DNA from: Eledone cirrhosa
Lineage: Eukaryota
DNA length: 64,000 nt
Assembly: GCA_964016885.1 (NCBI GenBank)
Contig: OZ024742.1
Span: 228,904,001-228,968,000, forward strand
Direction of reading: 5' to 3'
Shown here: positions 1-13,366 of the stretch, piece by piece
Layout of the letters: every line of letters starts with the position of its first letter
How positions within the stretch are numbered: position 1 is the first letter of the stretch
Notes under the pieces: model-generated
The model's database searches: none
Seen by the model: only the letters and a program-made list of their open reading frames with translations
What the model was told of the DNA's origin: nothing
Program-made: the position numbers and the translations under genes

Positions 1-328
1 TTTTCTCCAAGTTTTCAATATTATTCTTAATATTTCTTAAGTAATCCTGGCCTTTGACGTTGCTTTTGAATGTGATGCTTTGGATGATAGATATGATTTC
101 ATTTTCAAAATCCATTAGTAGTTTGTTGGGGGGTGGATTTTTTTTAGATTTAAAGATTTTATCCAGATTGGAGACATTTTCATTTAGATTAGATTTATCG
201 AAGTGGAAAGCACGTCACCTGATTCTTTTTATAAAATAGTCTGATTTTTCTATTAATTGTTTAATAAAATCTTTATTACTAGGTAAAGGTATGTCCTTTA
301 GAGAAGAGGAAACCTTAAAGAATTCCAT
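1..328 (-). pseudogene. N-terminal part of a Penelope-like element ORF (runs off the window start), with a premature stop
   Basis: Manual translation from ATG at 328 gives MEFFKVSSSLKDIPLPSNKDFIKQLIEKSDYFIKRIR*RAFHFDK...FKSKKNPPPNKLLMDFENEIISIIQSITFK. This resembles the SLKNIPxPS...LIEK...FIKRxRWxAF...FKSxKxPP N-terminus of PLE ORFs. TGA at 217-215 replaces the expected Trp. Confidence 0.7.
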
Positions 329-511
329 TTTTCAGTTATAATATAAAGCGCTCGACAATACAGGAACAGAATATATGTAAAAGTTCTATTTAAATTGTTG
401 GAATACAACAAGCAAATATTTTTATAACTGATATAAAGCACTCAACAAATAATTGAAGTAAAAATACGATATTAACAAATGGAAACTATATTTATAAAAC
501 AATATTTATTT

Positions 512-568
512 CATTATACATATTTCAAGGACATCAAGTTAAATTATGGTGTGCTTTCATCAGATAAA
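512..568 (-). ncRNA. Degenerate type I hammerhead ribozyme motif upstream of the PLE ORF
   Basis: Minus strand reads CTGATGA-aagcac...gtcctt-GAAA-tatg-TA. The core boxes are intact, but stem I pairing is poor. Confidence 0.45.
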
Positions 569-1845
569 ATATAATATAGAGCAGTTTTATAAATAAATAT
601 TGACATACCCTTAAAGAATGCAACCATTACTGTTGGAAGCTCCCGGATAGTGGAGTTATAGCTTTAATTATACTATTAGGTAAGTTAGTATTGGATATTT
701 TTAAATAAGCCGTTGGGTTACGGAGAAAGAGAAAGAGAGAGAGAGAGAGAGAAGAACAACAGAGAGATAAAAAAGAGAGAGAGAAGAACAACAGAGAGAA
801 AAAAACAGAGAGAAAAAAGAAAGAGAAAAAAAAAGAGAGAGAGAGAGTGAAACTCTAAGTCATATCTTGTTGAGTTATCTTAACATTTGAGATGAAATGA
901 ATAAATAAAAATAGAAATGTTAATAATCATGAATGAAAGATACATATATAATATGAGAAATGTATCCATTGTTTAAATATGATTAAATGTTAATCAGTTA
1001 AAATGTTAATCAGTTAAAATATTGAGATCAATACATTAAAAATTGAGATCTATAAATTAATAAATCTATATATTATTATTAAGACTATATATTACTAAAA
1101 AACCTATATGTTATTAGAAGAATGTAACACACATACACACGCAAATATACATACATATAAATATATATACACACGTATAAATATATATATATAGCCATCT
1201 ACGTATATAATATATACATACAAAATATAAAGGATTTTTTAATTTAAGATATAGGAATCTTATAAAATCAGAGAAGTCATTTCTATGTAATATCAAAGCA
1301 GCAAGAACGAAAATTACGTTATTTAGTTATATAAATGTTACAATTGTTAAGATATTAAAGGAAATTTTATGTTATACACACTTTATGTTATTCTATAAAT
1401 TTTTTTATATATAAGTTTTATAAGATTACCTGTTATGTAGTTATGACTGTTATTATATGTCTATTTGTCACGAACCTTGGGATAATCCCTATAAATAAGT
1501 GCAATCGAATTGTATGCATATACACATATATATAAATACACAATTCCCTCATATACATACATATACGTACCCAAAACAAATAGGTAGATATGCATCACAT
1601 ATACATATACATACAGATACACATGCGCGCATTAAACATATGTACATGTATATCAATACACACACATATATATATATACACACATATATAGAGAGAAACA
1701 TATATAAATACAGTACATAGTATAATTGAAGTACATAAAATACAAAAGAATTATATTACGATTTGGAAATATAATTATAAGCAATATAACTTTAAAACAA
1801 TATAACTTTAAAAATATTATAGAATAGAATATTTTTACTCTATAG

Positions 1846-1877
<32 letters not shown>

Positions 1878-1901
1878 AGAATAGAATATATTTACTCTAT
1901 A

Positions 1902-1984
<83 letters not shown>

Positions 1985-1989
<5 letters not shown>

Positions 1990-3210
1990 TATAGAGTAAA
2001 GCATGTCCAGAGAATTTATATATATATACATCACTTGTACTCCCAATCAGCATAATTAACCACACAAGAAATCAATTAGACCAGGCTATAAGAATAAAAG
2101 GCTCCTATGAAGAAACAGTAAATAAATACGCCACAGCAGCGTCTTCGCGGCCATTAATTTTTACTTAATTATGTATGGTTGACCGTATATTTAATTAATT
2201 TCCACGTGCTGTTGAAATGATGGGTAAATATTCTATAGCGGTTGGCCGCGAAGACGCTGCTGTGGTGTATTTATTTACTGTTTCTTCATAGGAGCCTTTT
2301 ATTCTTATAGCCTAGTCTAATTGATTTTTTGTGTGGTTAATTATGCAGATTGGGAGTAGAAGTGATGTATATATATTATCAAATAATTCTCTGGACATGC
2401 TTTACTCTATAGAATTTTGCTCTGATTATTTAATTTATTAATTCTTCATTGAGCCACATCGTGAATAGTTGCCAAAACACATATATATCTGTGACTTTGT
2501 TTAATTGGTGTATGTGTAAATATTTATATTTAATAATCTCCCATAAGTTTGAGATACAATTTGGGCGATATTGGGCTGCGCTTTCTAGCAACCAACCCAC
2601 TCGCCGTAAGCAACCAATCACACTCTTCCTGACTTGACCACTGCCACGTCACAGTTCTCAACCATTTTGAATTCATGTTTGGCGGGGGCCACTTCGGAAA
2701 ATAATCTGTCCTAGCGAGTTTGTCCTCTGAAGAGCTCTAAACTCGAGATTTATCCTTAATAAGATATCTCAAAAGTGAGCGAAACCCATGGGTCGGTATT
2801 TAGTGATTTAATCCTGGTATCTATATAAGCATTTCTAACTTTAATTTTTACCTAATTATGTAAGGTTGACCGTATATTTAATTAATTTCCACGTGCTGTT
2901 GAAATGTTGGGTAAAATTCTATAGCGGTTGACCGCGAAAACGCTGCTGTGGCGTATTTATTTACTGTTTCTTCATAGGAGCCTTTTATTCTTATAACCTG
3001 GTCTAATTGATTTTTTGTGTGGTTAATTATGCTGATTGGGAGTAGAAGTAATGTATATATATTATCAAATAATTCTCTGGACATGCTTTACTCTATAGTA
3101 TTTTGCTCTGATTATTTAATTTATTAATTCTTCATCGAGCCACATCGTGAATAGTTGCCAAAATATATACCTGTGACTTTGTTTAATTGGTGTATGTGTA
3201 AATATTTATA
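1985..3210. mobile_element. Non-coding composite element: one inverted segment plus two direct copies of a ~370-bp unit, bounded by (TA)n
   Basis: About 1985-2152 is the reverse complement of about 2243-2412. About 2160-2530 recurs at about 2845-3210. An HHR lies between the two direct copies, giving a PLE pseudo-LTR-like arrangement. Confidence 0.7.
2722..2800 (+). ncRNA. Type I hammerhead ribozyme motif with long stem II
   Basis: CTGAAGA(2727)-gctc...gagc-GAAA(2781)-cccatggg-TC. Stem III is palindromic and the cleavage triplet is GUC; stem I is weak. Confidence 0.65.
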
Positions 3211-3224
3211 TATATATATATATA

Positions 3225-3388
3225 TATTTATTAAAATAACAGATTAAAGTTTAAGCAAAGAATCGCTGCTTTCACCCTTAACGGGATCTTCTGAAATAAA
3301 TATTTGCTCTACGGTTCTTATATATTTGATATATATTTATCCTTATCGAGCCCTCTTTGGATTTTAGTCTTCAAATTTATTATTATTG

Positions 3389-3479
<91 letters not shown>

Positions 3480-3880
3480 TAACAGATTAAAGTTTACGCA
3501 AAGAATCACTGCTTTCACGCTTAACGGGATCTTCTAACTAAAAGCAGTATGAAGTACACTAAGACTAACTGATGTAATCGTTAGCCTTGTTTGTTTATAT
3601 TTTGTTTTTGTGTATACAAAAATATCTGTCAGTGATGCATGTGATTGTAATCGCCAGCCTTGTTTGTTTATATTTTGTTTTTCTGTATGCACACGAATAT
3701 CTATATCAAAATAACATATTAATGTTTAAGCAAAGAATCGCTGCTTTCAACCTTAACGGGATCTTCAGAAACTAAAAAAAATCAATCTGTGAACGCAGAT
3801 ATAAATATTTCGAAAAACGTTGCAACCGAAGGAAAACAGGAAGACGATGCTTTGGTTCGTGGAAACGTTCCCTGGCATAA
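3225..3880 (-). mobile_element. Short HHR-bearing repeat family: three partial copies here and another at ~45790-46075
   Basis: The block AAGCAAAGAATCGCTGCTTTCA..CTTAACGGGATCTTC recurs at about 3250, 3495, 3725 and 45910. The downstream AATCAATCTGTGAACGCAGA...GGAAAACAGGAAGACGAT is shared with 45977-46073. Confidence 0.75.
3724..3773 (-). ncRNA. Type I hammerhead ribozyme motif
   Basis: Minus strand reads gttt-CTGAAGA-tcccgttaaggtt-GAAA-gca gcgattctt tgc-TT-aaac. Stems I and III pair. Sibling copies carry a CAGAAGA core mutation or are further decayed. Confidence 0.6.
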
Positions 3881-4019
3881 TAATATATATATAGAGAGAC
3901 ACTATATATACATATATATACACATACACACTGATCGCGTCATAATGTCGTAATGCAGACAGTCATGCATACAGACAGATATTATGAAGGCCTGACGTCA
4001 TATCTATGTATCTATCTAA

Positions 4020-4237
4020 AAAGAGAAAGACTAAGAGAAAGAGATCGCTAAATCGCCTAATGCGGTCCCTAGGGCATTGAAAATTTGAATTTTTTTTGCC
4101 CAGAACACTCAATAAGACCAGAACACACAATAGGACCATAACTATTACATGTGTAAAGTTTAAAAAAGAACGGTTGGGTAGTTCTAGAGTTTTAGGGAAA
4201 CAGATACACAGACATTCTTTGTTTTATATAAATAGAT
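4020..4237 (+). mobile_element. Possible non-autonomous Helitron-like element 3' part
   Basis: Ends with ...GTAAAGTTT...CGGTTGGGTAGTTCTAGAG...CAGATACACAGACATTCTTTGTTTTATATAAATAGAT, a pattern resembling invertebrate non-autonomous Helitron-like repeats. Recognised from memory only. Confidence 0.35.
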
Positions 4238-4399
4238 TTCAAATTGGGTGTTACTGTTTTAGAATATGTTATGCTTTGTTCCTAATAGAAAGGAATGCCT
4301 GTAGCAGTAATACCTTGTGGTGTAAGGTGTGATAATGTTTATACACAATCTTTCTTTACAGTAAACATTTTACGTCCACCTTTTCATGCTTACAGGAAG

Positions 4400-4630
4400 C
4401 GGACAAAAACGTCAGCTTATCTCAGTTTCACGGGCGTTTAGTGACTGAAGAGATAAGATTTCATCGTGTTGTTAACCCTGTTGTTAACCCCTGGCTGCGA
4501 CACTAATCTGAATGAAATGAAGCATTGTGAAATGTAGTGTTTTGTTCAATGACCCAAAACGTCACCAGTTATGGGAATCAAACTCAATACCTTATGATCA
4601 TGTGCTGAATGCCCTAACCACTAAGCCTTT
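4400..4630 (-). mobile_element. Degenerate tRNA-derived SINE (same family as 30375-30645)
   Basis: Shares GTGAAATG.AGTG.TTT, GGAATC.AAC.C and CC.TAACCACTA motifs with the copy at 30375-30645. Confidence 0.5.
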
Positions 4631-5388
4631 GCTGCGCTCTGTTTAAGGTGAAAGTAAGCTGCTTCGCAAAGAGGAATTCCTATCTGTTCTATTGTTAGGC
4701 TTTTTCTAAAGAAATCGTTGTCGATTGAATTGTCAGTGCTGTCTTGTTTTATCGACTTTGGTCGACTGAATGATTAACGATCTCAGAGAGATTTGAACTA
4801 AGATATCAAAGGTAAAAATCTAAATACTGTAAAACATTTAGTCAAAAGTTCTACATATTGTGTGACCTTCACTGCAATTGTACAAAGAAGAAATATGTTC
4901 TGTATTTAGCTTCAGCATTCCAAATCCTTAATTCTAAATACATACACTAATATCATTCTATAAAAATTGTTCTATGCTTAGGAAAAATTAATAAAGAAAA
5001 ATCAAATAACATTTTCTTAAAATTTTTTATTTAACTCATGATCACGTTGGTCACGTTTTTATTGAAAAAAAGATTAAATGCATGCTGGAAAATGGCGGTT
5101 GTTTTCATTTCTTATACGAAATCACAGGAAAAATTAACCGTTTTCGATGCGTCTCTTTCTATCCTCTGTTTACTCGGTGCACCCGCAATTGTACAAGAAA
5201 TAAATTGAACGTAATCCCTTATATGGGAAATATATTCAACTCTATTATGGTATGAAAGGTTGAAGTTATGTCGAATAGAGTTGGAAGTTAAATTAAGTTG
5301 ATGTGTTGTTGGCGTATAAGGGGAAAATTCCACTTAATAGAAAAAAAATGTTGTTGAAATGCAAAATCCATTCAAAATTTGTATTATG

Positions 5389-5455
<67 letters not shown>

Positions 5456-5744
5456 AGGGCGGTGAATTGACAGAATCGATAATGAGGGGAAAACGGCTCG
5501 TGGTATTTAGCTACATACATTGACGTTCGGCGTTTAAATCCATCATAAGTTGAATTCATCTTTTATCCTTCTAAGGATGTAAGTCGTTAAAATATGTACC
5601 CGTATATAAAAGGTACGTAAACCTGTAAAGAGATTGAGAAGGAAGACGGGAGGAGGAGGTGGCGATGTGAGAGAGATCATATAAGAACTGGCTGATGCTG
5701 ATTATGGGCAATAATGAAATTATTATTATTATGGTAGTGGATAG

Positions 5745-5963
5745 GGCGGTGGATTGGCAGTATCGGTAGAGAGTCGGACACCATGCTTTGCAGCATAGAG
5801 TTACCGCCCTTTATGATCTGAGATCAAATTCCGCCGAGGTTAACTTTGCCTTTCATCCTTACGGGGTCGATAAAATAAAGTACCAGTAACGTACTAGGGT
5901 CGATTTAATCGACTTTACCCTCCCCCAAAATTGCCGGCCTTGTGACTATATGAGAAACCATTA
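5745..5963 (+). mobile_element. tRNA-derived SINE with Meta-domain-like core; a second degenerate copy follows at ~5968-6120
   Basis: Head GGCGGTGGATTGGCAGTATCGGTAGAG (A-box-like), B-box-like GATCAAATTCC, core GCCTTTCATCCTTACGGGGTCGATAAAATAAAGTACCAG, tail AGAAACCATTATT. More than 10 copies occur in the window. Confidence 0.85.
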
Positions 5964-6125
5964 TTATGGCAGTGGATTGGCAACATCGGTAGGGTGTCTG
6001 ACAAAATAACTTGCAGCACTTACGGTTTTTTATATTTCCGAAGTCAACTTTGTCTCTCATACGTCGGGAGGTCGATGAAATAAAGTACCTGGAATCGATG
6101 CAATCAACTTTCTTTCTCCTCACAT

Positions 6126-6126
<1 letters not shown>

Positions 6127-6190
<64 letters not shown>

Positions 6191-6215
6191 CTTCTTCTTC
6201 TTCTTCTTCTTCTTC
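6127..6215. repeat. Compound trinucleotide microsatellite (GCT)n(GTT)n(CTT)n
   Basis: Directly visible; explains the poly-Ala/Val/Leu ORFs here. Confidence 0.95.
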
Positions 6216-6811
6216 TATCCATCAGCCCCTTTGAAGTGTAATATTTCAGGTGGGTGTTGGCTCATAATCTAGACAGACAGAATGGCGAATGCGTTAACAC
6301 GGGGAATGTCAAGTTAACAAGAGAGATATGCAGAAAGAGTTAGTGCAACTCACGAGGTTCTCTCTTTATTACTAAAGCTGACAATCCACTATTTATAATA
6401 ATCAACATACTATTGAGCATTGTGACTATGTTAGAAATCAACCTATAGAATGTAAATGATTTCGATGACAATACATATTGTGATGAAGATATATTAGCCC
6501 AATAGTGTTGCTTTTACAATTAATTGTCTAACACATCTGAACATATAATGTGACAATAATTTCCATATTCATTACGTGAGTAAATTTGTGCAAACTAATA
6601 GTTCACTCATGAGTATGTATATGTTATTAATATATTATATTGTTTGCATAGTAATGAATATCATGTTCAGGTTTATTGAAGTTTAATTATCATTGATAAG
6701 GTGAATGAACATCATTATGGTAACATGTCATTCTAAGGTTATGTTGTTTGGTTATTAATAAGATTTCTCTTAATGTTTGGAAATCATCATATGTATTATA
6801 TATATGTATAT

Positions 6812-9605
6812 TAGAGTGTGCCATAAAAAGCAAGGTCACAATACTAACGCTCCTTGTGTATCTTACCATTATAAATGCCCCAATTGGTAAAATAAAATAT
6901 ATTTTGTATAAAATAAATTATTTTGAGTCTTGCTTATATCATGGCGATTATAGTAGAAAGTGTGATAATGTTGCATGAAATCATAAAAATGTGAAACCAA
7001 ATATGACCATACAATAATTGTTTATTTTATTAATCCATTATATTTAATCCATTATATTTAGTAAACCAGCTTTGAATATAAAGGCGTACAAGGAAGAAAC
7101 AAGTTCAGTTAAGTTAACTTCAGTCATATTTTTTTAAGAGTTTCTTTTTTGAAATCCGGGACCTTGCGACGATGAGCTTCGACTACTTGAAGAACACACT
7201 GCTTCTCCTCCTCATTCTTGGTGATGGCAACAAAATCAGTTATCAACTTGACTGCTCTCTCCGCGAGATCGTTGACTACCTTGATATTGTGAACAACAGG
7301 ACAGGTGTTTTGATATGACGCTTGTGATTACCAAGTTGCAGGTGACAGCTCAAGCCAAGTATCATCGAGACCAAGGAGATCGAACAGAAGCCTTGATTTC
7401 TTCCCAACTAGATGAGGCAGCTTCGTGGACGACTTCAACTCGGGAAATACTGGAGCACCACGGTCGAGAGGCCCAGACGTTTTCGTTTTGACATGACGTT
7501 GGGCTATTTGTTTCTTCTCGGACTCTTGGACCCGATTTGAAAACAACGCTAGCGGAATGGCTTCCTCCGTCAGGTATCAAAGATGCCTGCTCAGAGCAGT
7601 AGTGGCTGCCTGCGAGAGATCTCTGTCAACCTTACTGTACTGTGTCAACTCCACGTAGAATTGAAGGTCATTGGATGGTGCATCAGCACACTTGACTGCT
7701 GTCAGCCATTATCGTACGTAGAACTGAGCATTGAACATACAGATCCGGCGAAACCTTTCCATTTTAGCTTGATCGTAATTGAGTCGCTCACCAAATGCAT
7801 ACATCTTTGCACTATAGATGATTGTGGACATCCACAATTCATTGGATGCTGCACCAGGCAGCATCCAATGAATTCTACGAGGAAGGGTAACACCAAGCAA
7901 GATCAACATCAACTCGGCACATTCTCGGCAGTCGTCCCGTGGAAGAGAACTCATTTTCCAATCGTCGGATGTCAGCAAATCTTGGAGGAACATGATGTTC
8001 TCAGAACACAGACGCTTGAGTCTCCGGTCGACAATGTTCAATGTTTTAAAGTTGGTCTTGTCCGTGAGTGACACCCAATCTTTTTGAACTCCTTGAACTC
8101 TGGGGTGTCTGGACTGGACATTGCTCCCAATAGTTGTTGCCACACTGCACATAAGATACGCTCCATGACATGGTACCGACAAGCAAAATAAAACACCTTT
8201 TTGTTGAGCATCTCTTCTAGTTTCACGCAGGCACCATTTTTCCATCCAGAATTCGAAGCAGTCGTGTCGAAGACCAAGCCCACCACAGACCCATCAACAT
8301 TCCAATCTTTAACAAGATCAAATGATGCTTTGGCTTGGGTGGTTCCAGTGCCATCAGGAATTATGGGAACACCGAGGACTGTACCTTCTCTGAAGTCCGG
8401 AGTTCCAGCAACTAGCCCACCTAGCCTCTCGTGGTCACCAGGAATTATTTTGCCATCCCAATGCAAGGTAACAAATTCTGGTACAGCAAATTGTTCCTTT
8501 CTGTGTTCAGCCCCCACAGTTCTGATCTTCTTAGCTGCACGTCTGCTACTATTCTTGGAGAGTGCTGTGGCGACTATGTCAGTCTACTCTCAGAAATAAT
8601 CGATTCCATAAATGCTGTTCTCTGGCCTAGTGTTAGGTTTAAACGATCAGCCATTAGAGACATTTTTGGACTTTGAAATGGATTCTTTGGGAGTTTCAGC
8701 TGGATTTTTCGTTTCTTGTCTGACTTTGAGATGTCTCTGGGTGGGTTTGAGGCCTGAAATTCAGGATCCTTTTCATCTTCAGTTTCATCATTGGTTGAAC
8801 TTGAATCACTCAGTTCATTACGTGGAAGTTGTGCTGCTACAGATCCTGACAAATGCTCTCTATGGTTCTCTGACTCTCGACGAGCCACAGAAACCTGATC
8901 ACGCTTAAATTTTGAAGATACCTTTTTTCTGGTAACCCTTAGCTTCAGCACCCAGAGATACTTTATTCTGGCTTCGAGAAATGTAGCATCTTCCATGTTG
9001 TGTTCATTATTACGAAGACGGTCTTTCAAAATTTTCTTTTCAGCATCTGTATGTGCAATGTATAAATACGAATCCAATTTAGAAATAAATAGTGCTTCCT
9101 TTTCTTTGTTTGACTTAGAACTTTTGTTTTTTTGTAAATTTCTGTATTTACTGTACATGTTCATAATTTTCAGTTTCACTTTGTCTTTTCGTTGAGTCGC
9201 CACACCAGTTTTTCCCACTGACTAACTACTTCCATCAAAAGCCTATCCGCAATAGCACCATTGAAGCTCACATACTTTTCGTGTTTAATAGGACCATCTT
9301 TCAGGTAGAAGAAATATCTTAGAACATCCCCCTTTGTTGGTATTTTGTTTGGTGAAAAGGATGTGACATATTGCCCCAGGAGGCATATTTCTCGATCACC
9401 ACAACAGAGCGAGTAGCTACAACTAGGCCCAATAGTTTCCGCCATTATTCTGCCAATTTGCAACTATTAGGCAAGGCTTAAATTAGTCTGAAATAATCAG
9501 CATTACATTATAAATTGATAATATAGAAAATGGCATGAGTAAATGCATAGGGAGCTAAGACAAAAAAACACTTTTGTGTAAAATGTGGGATGCTGGAACA
9601 CCCTA
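6812..9605 (-). mobile_element. Full-length decayed hAT-superfamily DNA transposon (hATm-like)
   Basis: Imperfect TIRs TAGAGTGTGCCA (6812) and TGGAACACCCTA (ending 9605). Perfect 8-bp TSD ATGTATAT at 6804-6811 and 9606-9613. An internal transposase is present. Confidence 0.85.
7124..9463 (-). pseudogene. Frameshifted hAT-type transposase
   Basis: Consecutive ORF pieces (9176-9463, 8574-9218, 8038-8517, 7709-8245, 7328-7580) carry LHWDGK, FDTTASNSG..GAC, ACRYH.ME and PGA...LWM...IY. The C-terminus VVNDLAERAVKLITDF...HRRKVPDFKK ends at TGA 7126-7124. Confidence 0.85.
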
Positions 9606-9906
<301 letters not shown>

Positions 9907-9940
9907 TAATTATGTAATAAACAACACAAAATAATTATTC

Positions 9941-10007
9941 CATTTACCAAAGGTTTCACGAAGACAGGTGAGCTCAACCGAGACGTCTGAAATCGCTCAT
10001 CAGAATG
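9941..10007 (-). ncRNA. Type I hammerhead ribozyme motif with extended stem II
   Basis: Minus strand reads catt-CTGATGA-gcga tttcagac...gtct tcgt-GAAA-cc ttt gg-TA-aatg. All three stems pair and the triplet is GUA. Confidence 0.8.
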
Positions 10008-10123
10008 AAAAATTTAATATTTTCATGGAATAATTATTTTTTGTTGTACATTACATAATTAAATAGCTCTGTAGCATACATAGAGAACTCTCCCTTTCTT
10101 TACCCTTTCTAAAGAAATACTTC

Positions 10124-10167
<44 letters not shown>

Positions 10168-10169
<2 letters not shown>

Positions 10170-10535
10170 CCTAAACGGACGGTAGTCCGTTTAGTAATAT
10201 TGTTGTGGTCGTGTTTTCGTTGGCAATCGTCTGTTTACGACAGTACAGCGCGGCTCTACTTTATTTAACTGAGATAAAACTTATATGAGCATGAACAGTA
10301 GATCATTACACATCTTTTGGCTTAAAAATCTAGAAATTTGGTCCAGCGGGAAAAAGTCTATAATCAAAGTCTGCTGATAAATCTTGTGTTCAAGTGAGTG
10401 ATTAGTAAGCGTGACGCTAGGGGAGGTAATCCAGAAATGACGACGTTTGGAAAAGTTTAATTACTGCATGAAAGAAATGATTCAAAAATTGAACTTGCCC
10501 AATCTTCACAACATTGAAAATTGGTCAAAATTTGA
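10168..10535. mobile_element. Dispersed ~360-bp repeat abutting (TA)n; a highly similar inverted copy lies at 59472-59831
   Basis: ATCCTAAACGGACGGTAGTCCGTTTAG (terminal hairpin)...CAATCTTCACAACATTGAAAATTGGTCAAAA matches the reverse complement of 59472-59831. Confidence 0.85.
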
Positions 10536-11439
10536 CAAATCTGACTTCAAACCAGATATGATTCATTTGAACAATGTTGGAAATCTTAAATTGACACAAA
10601 TTTTTGCCAATGTTTTTGCCACCTGATCCTTGTTCTATGGCTGACTGACTAATTTTCTGACTTAATAAAATGTCATCATACTAGTAATGCACAATGGTCA
10701 TTTTAAAATTTAAATTTTATTAAATAGTTGTTGCTTGCATTGCCTTAAAATAGTAACAAGAATGTACACATACTTTTTTAAAATACATCATTATCAGTCA
10801 AATCAGTCAAATGTCACTAAAAGCCAGGTGGTCGATAACAACTTCTATAAGATTAGTTACATGCTCACACATTGGATCACCTCTCATCAATGGCATTGGG
10901 TGTCTGAGATAATCGTGGAGATAACTGATGAAGTCACAAATGAAGTGATGGTCTTCCAGTGTGAACAATTCCCTATATCCATTGATATATGTGATGGCTT
11001 CCGATTCATAGGTGCATTTTATGAGGAATTCCATGCATCCGATTTTCAGTGATTCAATGGGCATTTTATCAGAGATGATAAGGTATTTGACCATGTTTTG
11101 CTTTGTAAGTAAATTGGAGAGAATCACTGCAGTCAAAGTCATTTCTTTGCATGGGTTTTTGTCCATTCTAAAAAGTTAAAATGATAAAGTATTACTACTA
11201 TATAACTTACATCTATTGTTGTGACACCATTGAAATGCACAAGTTTCACCAATTCACTATTATGCACTAATCATCTCAAATGCATTCATGATTTACTAGC
11301 TTTGTCATTAAGCCAGTTGCCTCAACTAGATTGCAATTATACTCAAAAGAACTTTAAAATGTCAATCACTTGTCAGTAATTCACTATGATCATTTAATTA
11401 TTAGATAGTTGTTGCTTGCATTGCCTTAAAAAATAGTAG

Positions 11440-12429
11440 ACCAGATAGAAAAATGCGTACAGCAAAAAAAAAGTAATATTGTTGGAATATAAACCTTTAA
11501 AAATACAGGACAAGAAACTAAAATAAAACTTTTAAAGAATAGGACAAGAAACTAATATAAAACTTTAAAGAATTGGACAAGAAAAAAAAAATTTTACAAT
11601 AATATTAGTGGCAAAATGTTTTTATTCGTTTCCTGTGCTATGCCCCAGTATCTTCTTGATTAGTGCATAATAATTGTCATGCTCTCATGTGCGTTGCCCC
11701 TGAGCGGTTGGTTCTGGTTGGGGTTGGTTGGCTGAGCGGTTCTGCTCCGTCAGAATGACCATTGCAAGAAGAATTGGCCGATGCAGCTGCAGGTCTCCTC
11801 CAAGAATGCACTTCTGGTCCCGCAACACCAGACGAAGATGGAGAAGACGACCGGGACAAGATGTCGACTCTGACCACCGACTACGGCACCTCCCTCAACC
11901 ACCGGTCCTCTCTCCCTCTGTCCCGTCATCCCTCCAGTCCTCCTGCTCCCCTTTCCTGTACTAGAAAGCTGTGGCACGCATTCATCTGGACTGCCGGGCT
12001 TGAACTCAAGGACAAGATGCAAGGAGAAGATGGACGGGTTGGTCAAGATCAAGGATGAGCGGGACGACAAGACCGTCCGCTGCTGCTCAAGATCTGTGCT
12101 CATGGGCCCATGGGTCCATTCACATTATGCATGACACATGAGGCGTGTCGCCGAATGAAGAAATAGGAGTATGGTTATGGCCCAATTGGTGTTCAAACCA
12201 GGATCAAATGATCCCCCCGGTCTGACGACGACCTCTGAATGTGGAACCCAGAGCCTATGAATGTGGAACTCGATTTTTTACCAATAAAAATTTTGCCACT
12301 AATATTATTGTAAAATTTTTTATTTCTTGTCCAATTCTTTAAAGTTTTATCTTAGTTTATTGTCCTGTATTTTTAAAGGTTTATATTCCAACAATATTAC
12401 TTTTTTTTGCTGTACGCATTTTTCTATCT

Positions 12430-12432
<3 letters not shown>
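11440..12432. mobile_element. Inverted-repeat-bounded segment (~150-180-bp arms) enclosing a GC-richer, coding-like insert
   Basis: 11440-11620 (ACCAGATAGAAAAATGCGTACAGC...GGCAAAA) is the reverse complement of about 12290-12432. The insert at 11677-12260 has several short ORFs of unknown identity. Confidence 0.7.
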
Positions 12433-12486
<54 letters not shown>

Positions 12487-12579
12487 GCGTGAGTTTCACC
12501 TGTATACTTATAAGATTATTCATCAAGCTTGATGATCCTGTGATTGCACAGGTGAAACTACAGAGTAACAAGATTTATC

Positions 12580-12650
<71 letters not shown>

Positions 12651-12652
12651 TA

Positions 12653-13290
12653 GGATGTTCTTGCCGAAAGCCTGAAGGTTGTCCCCTTCAACAGATCCGC
12701 TGTAGTTTATGAAGCCGTGGTCACTTCCAAACGACCAAATCAATCACAGGAGGTCAAATCCTATGTGGGTATGGTGGAGGGCCGATTTAAGGAACGCTTC
12801 CTGAACCATCAGTCGACTTTTAGGTACCCGGACAAACGATCATCCACGAAGTTCGCGAGCCACGTATGGTCCCTCAAAGACTCAAGTATAGACTACTCCA
12901 TTCAATGGAAAGCCATCACTAAGTCCAAGCCATACGCTAGGGGCAATCCGTCTTGTGGACTGTGTATTGAAGAAAGGATAAATATTCTAAGGAGATTACG
13001 CAATAGCAATTGCCTAAATTCAAAAATGAAATCTTCTCTCGCAGTTATCTCCCTTACACCTTTTGCCCGTGGTTTTGTATCGCTTCAGTGAAGTGACCGT
13101 TTCTGCGTATGCGCGTTCATACGGTTGTTCTTCCTGTTCCGTATAACCATTACCAGTACGAGCTGAAGATCCGCTTAAGGTGAAATAATTGTTCTCGGTA
13201 TGGTGAACTAACTGTTGTGTTACTACTTCTACCAAACTCGTCCCATGGATTGAGTGCTCTACCACTACGGATATACTTTCCAGTGTTCTA
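12653..13290 (+). mobile_element. 3' fragment of a Penelope-like element (GIY-YIG endonuclease plus 3' pseudo-LTR)
   Basis: GCSCRKPEGCPL, then VVYEAVVTS...SYVGMVEGRFKERFLNHQSTF...STKFASHVWSLK...IQWK...CGLCIEE...LNSK (ORF 12717-13091). Flanked by (TA)n and (CT)n(TA)n, with an HHR downstream. Confidence 0.85.
13159..13197 (+). ncRNA. Minimal type I hammerhead ribozyme in the PLE 3' region
   Basis: cgag-CTGAAGA-t cc gcttaa gg t-GAAA-taattg-TT-ctcg. Confidence 0.75.
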
Positions 13291-13303
13291 CTCCTCTCTC
13301 TCT

Positions 13304-13366
<63 letters not shown>

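Noticed and set aside
215-217. In-frame TGA in the PLE ORF read as selenocysteine
   Set aside because: The position corresponds to a conserved Trp rather than Cys, so a simple TGG>TGA nonsense mutation is more likely.
5745-5840. tRNA genes
   Set aside because: The A/B-box-like sequences are SINE heads continuing into a repeated core; no complete cloverleaf is evident.
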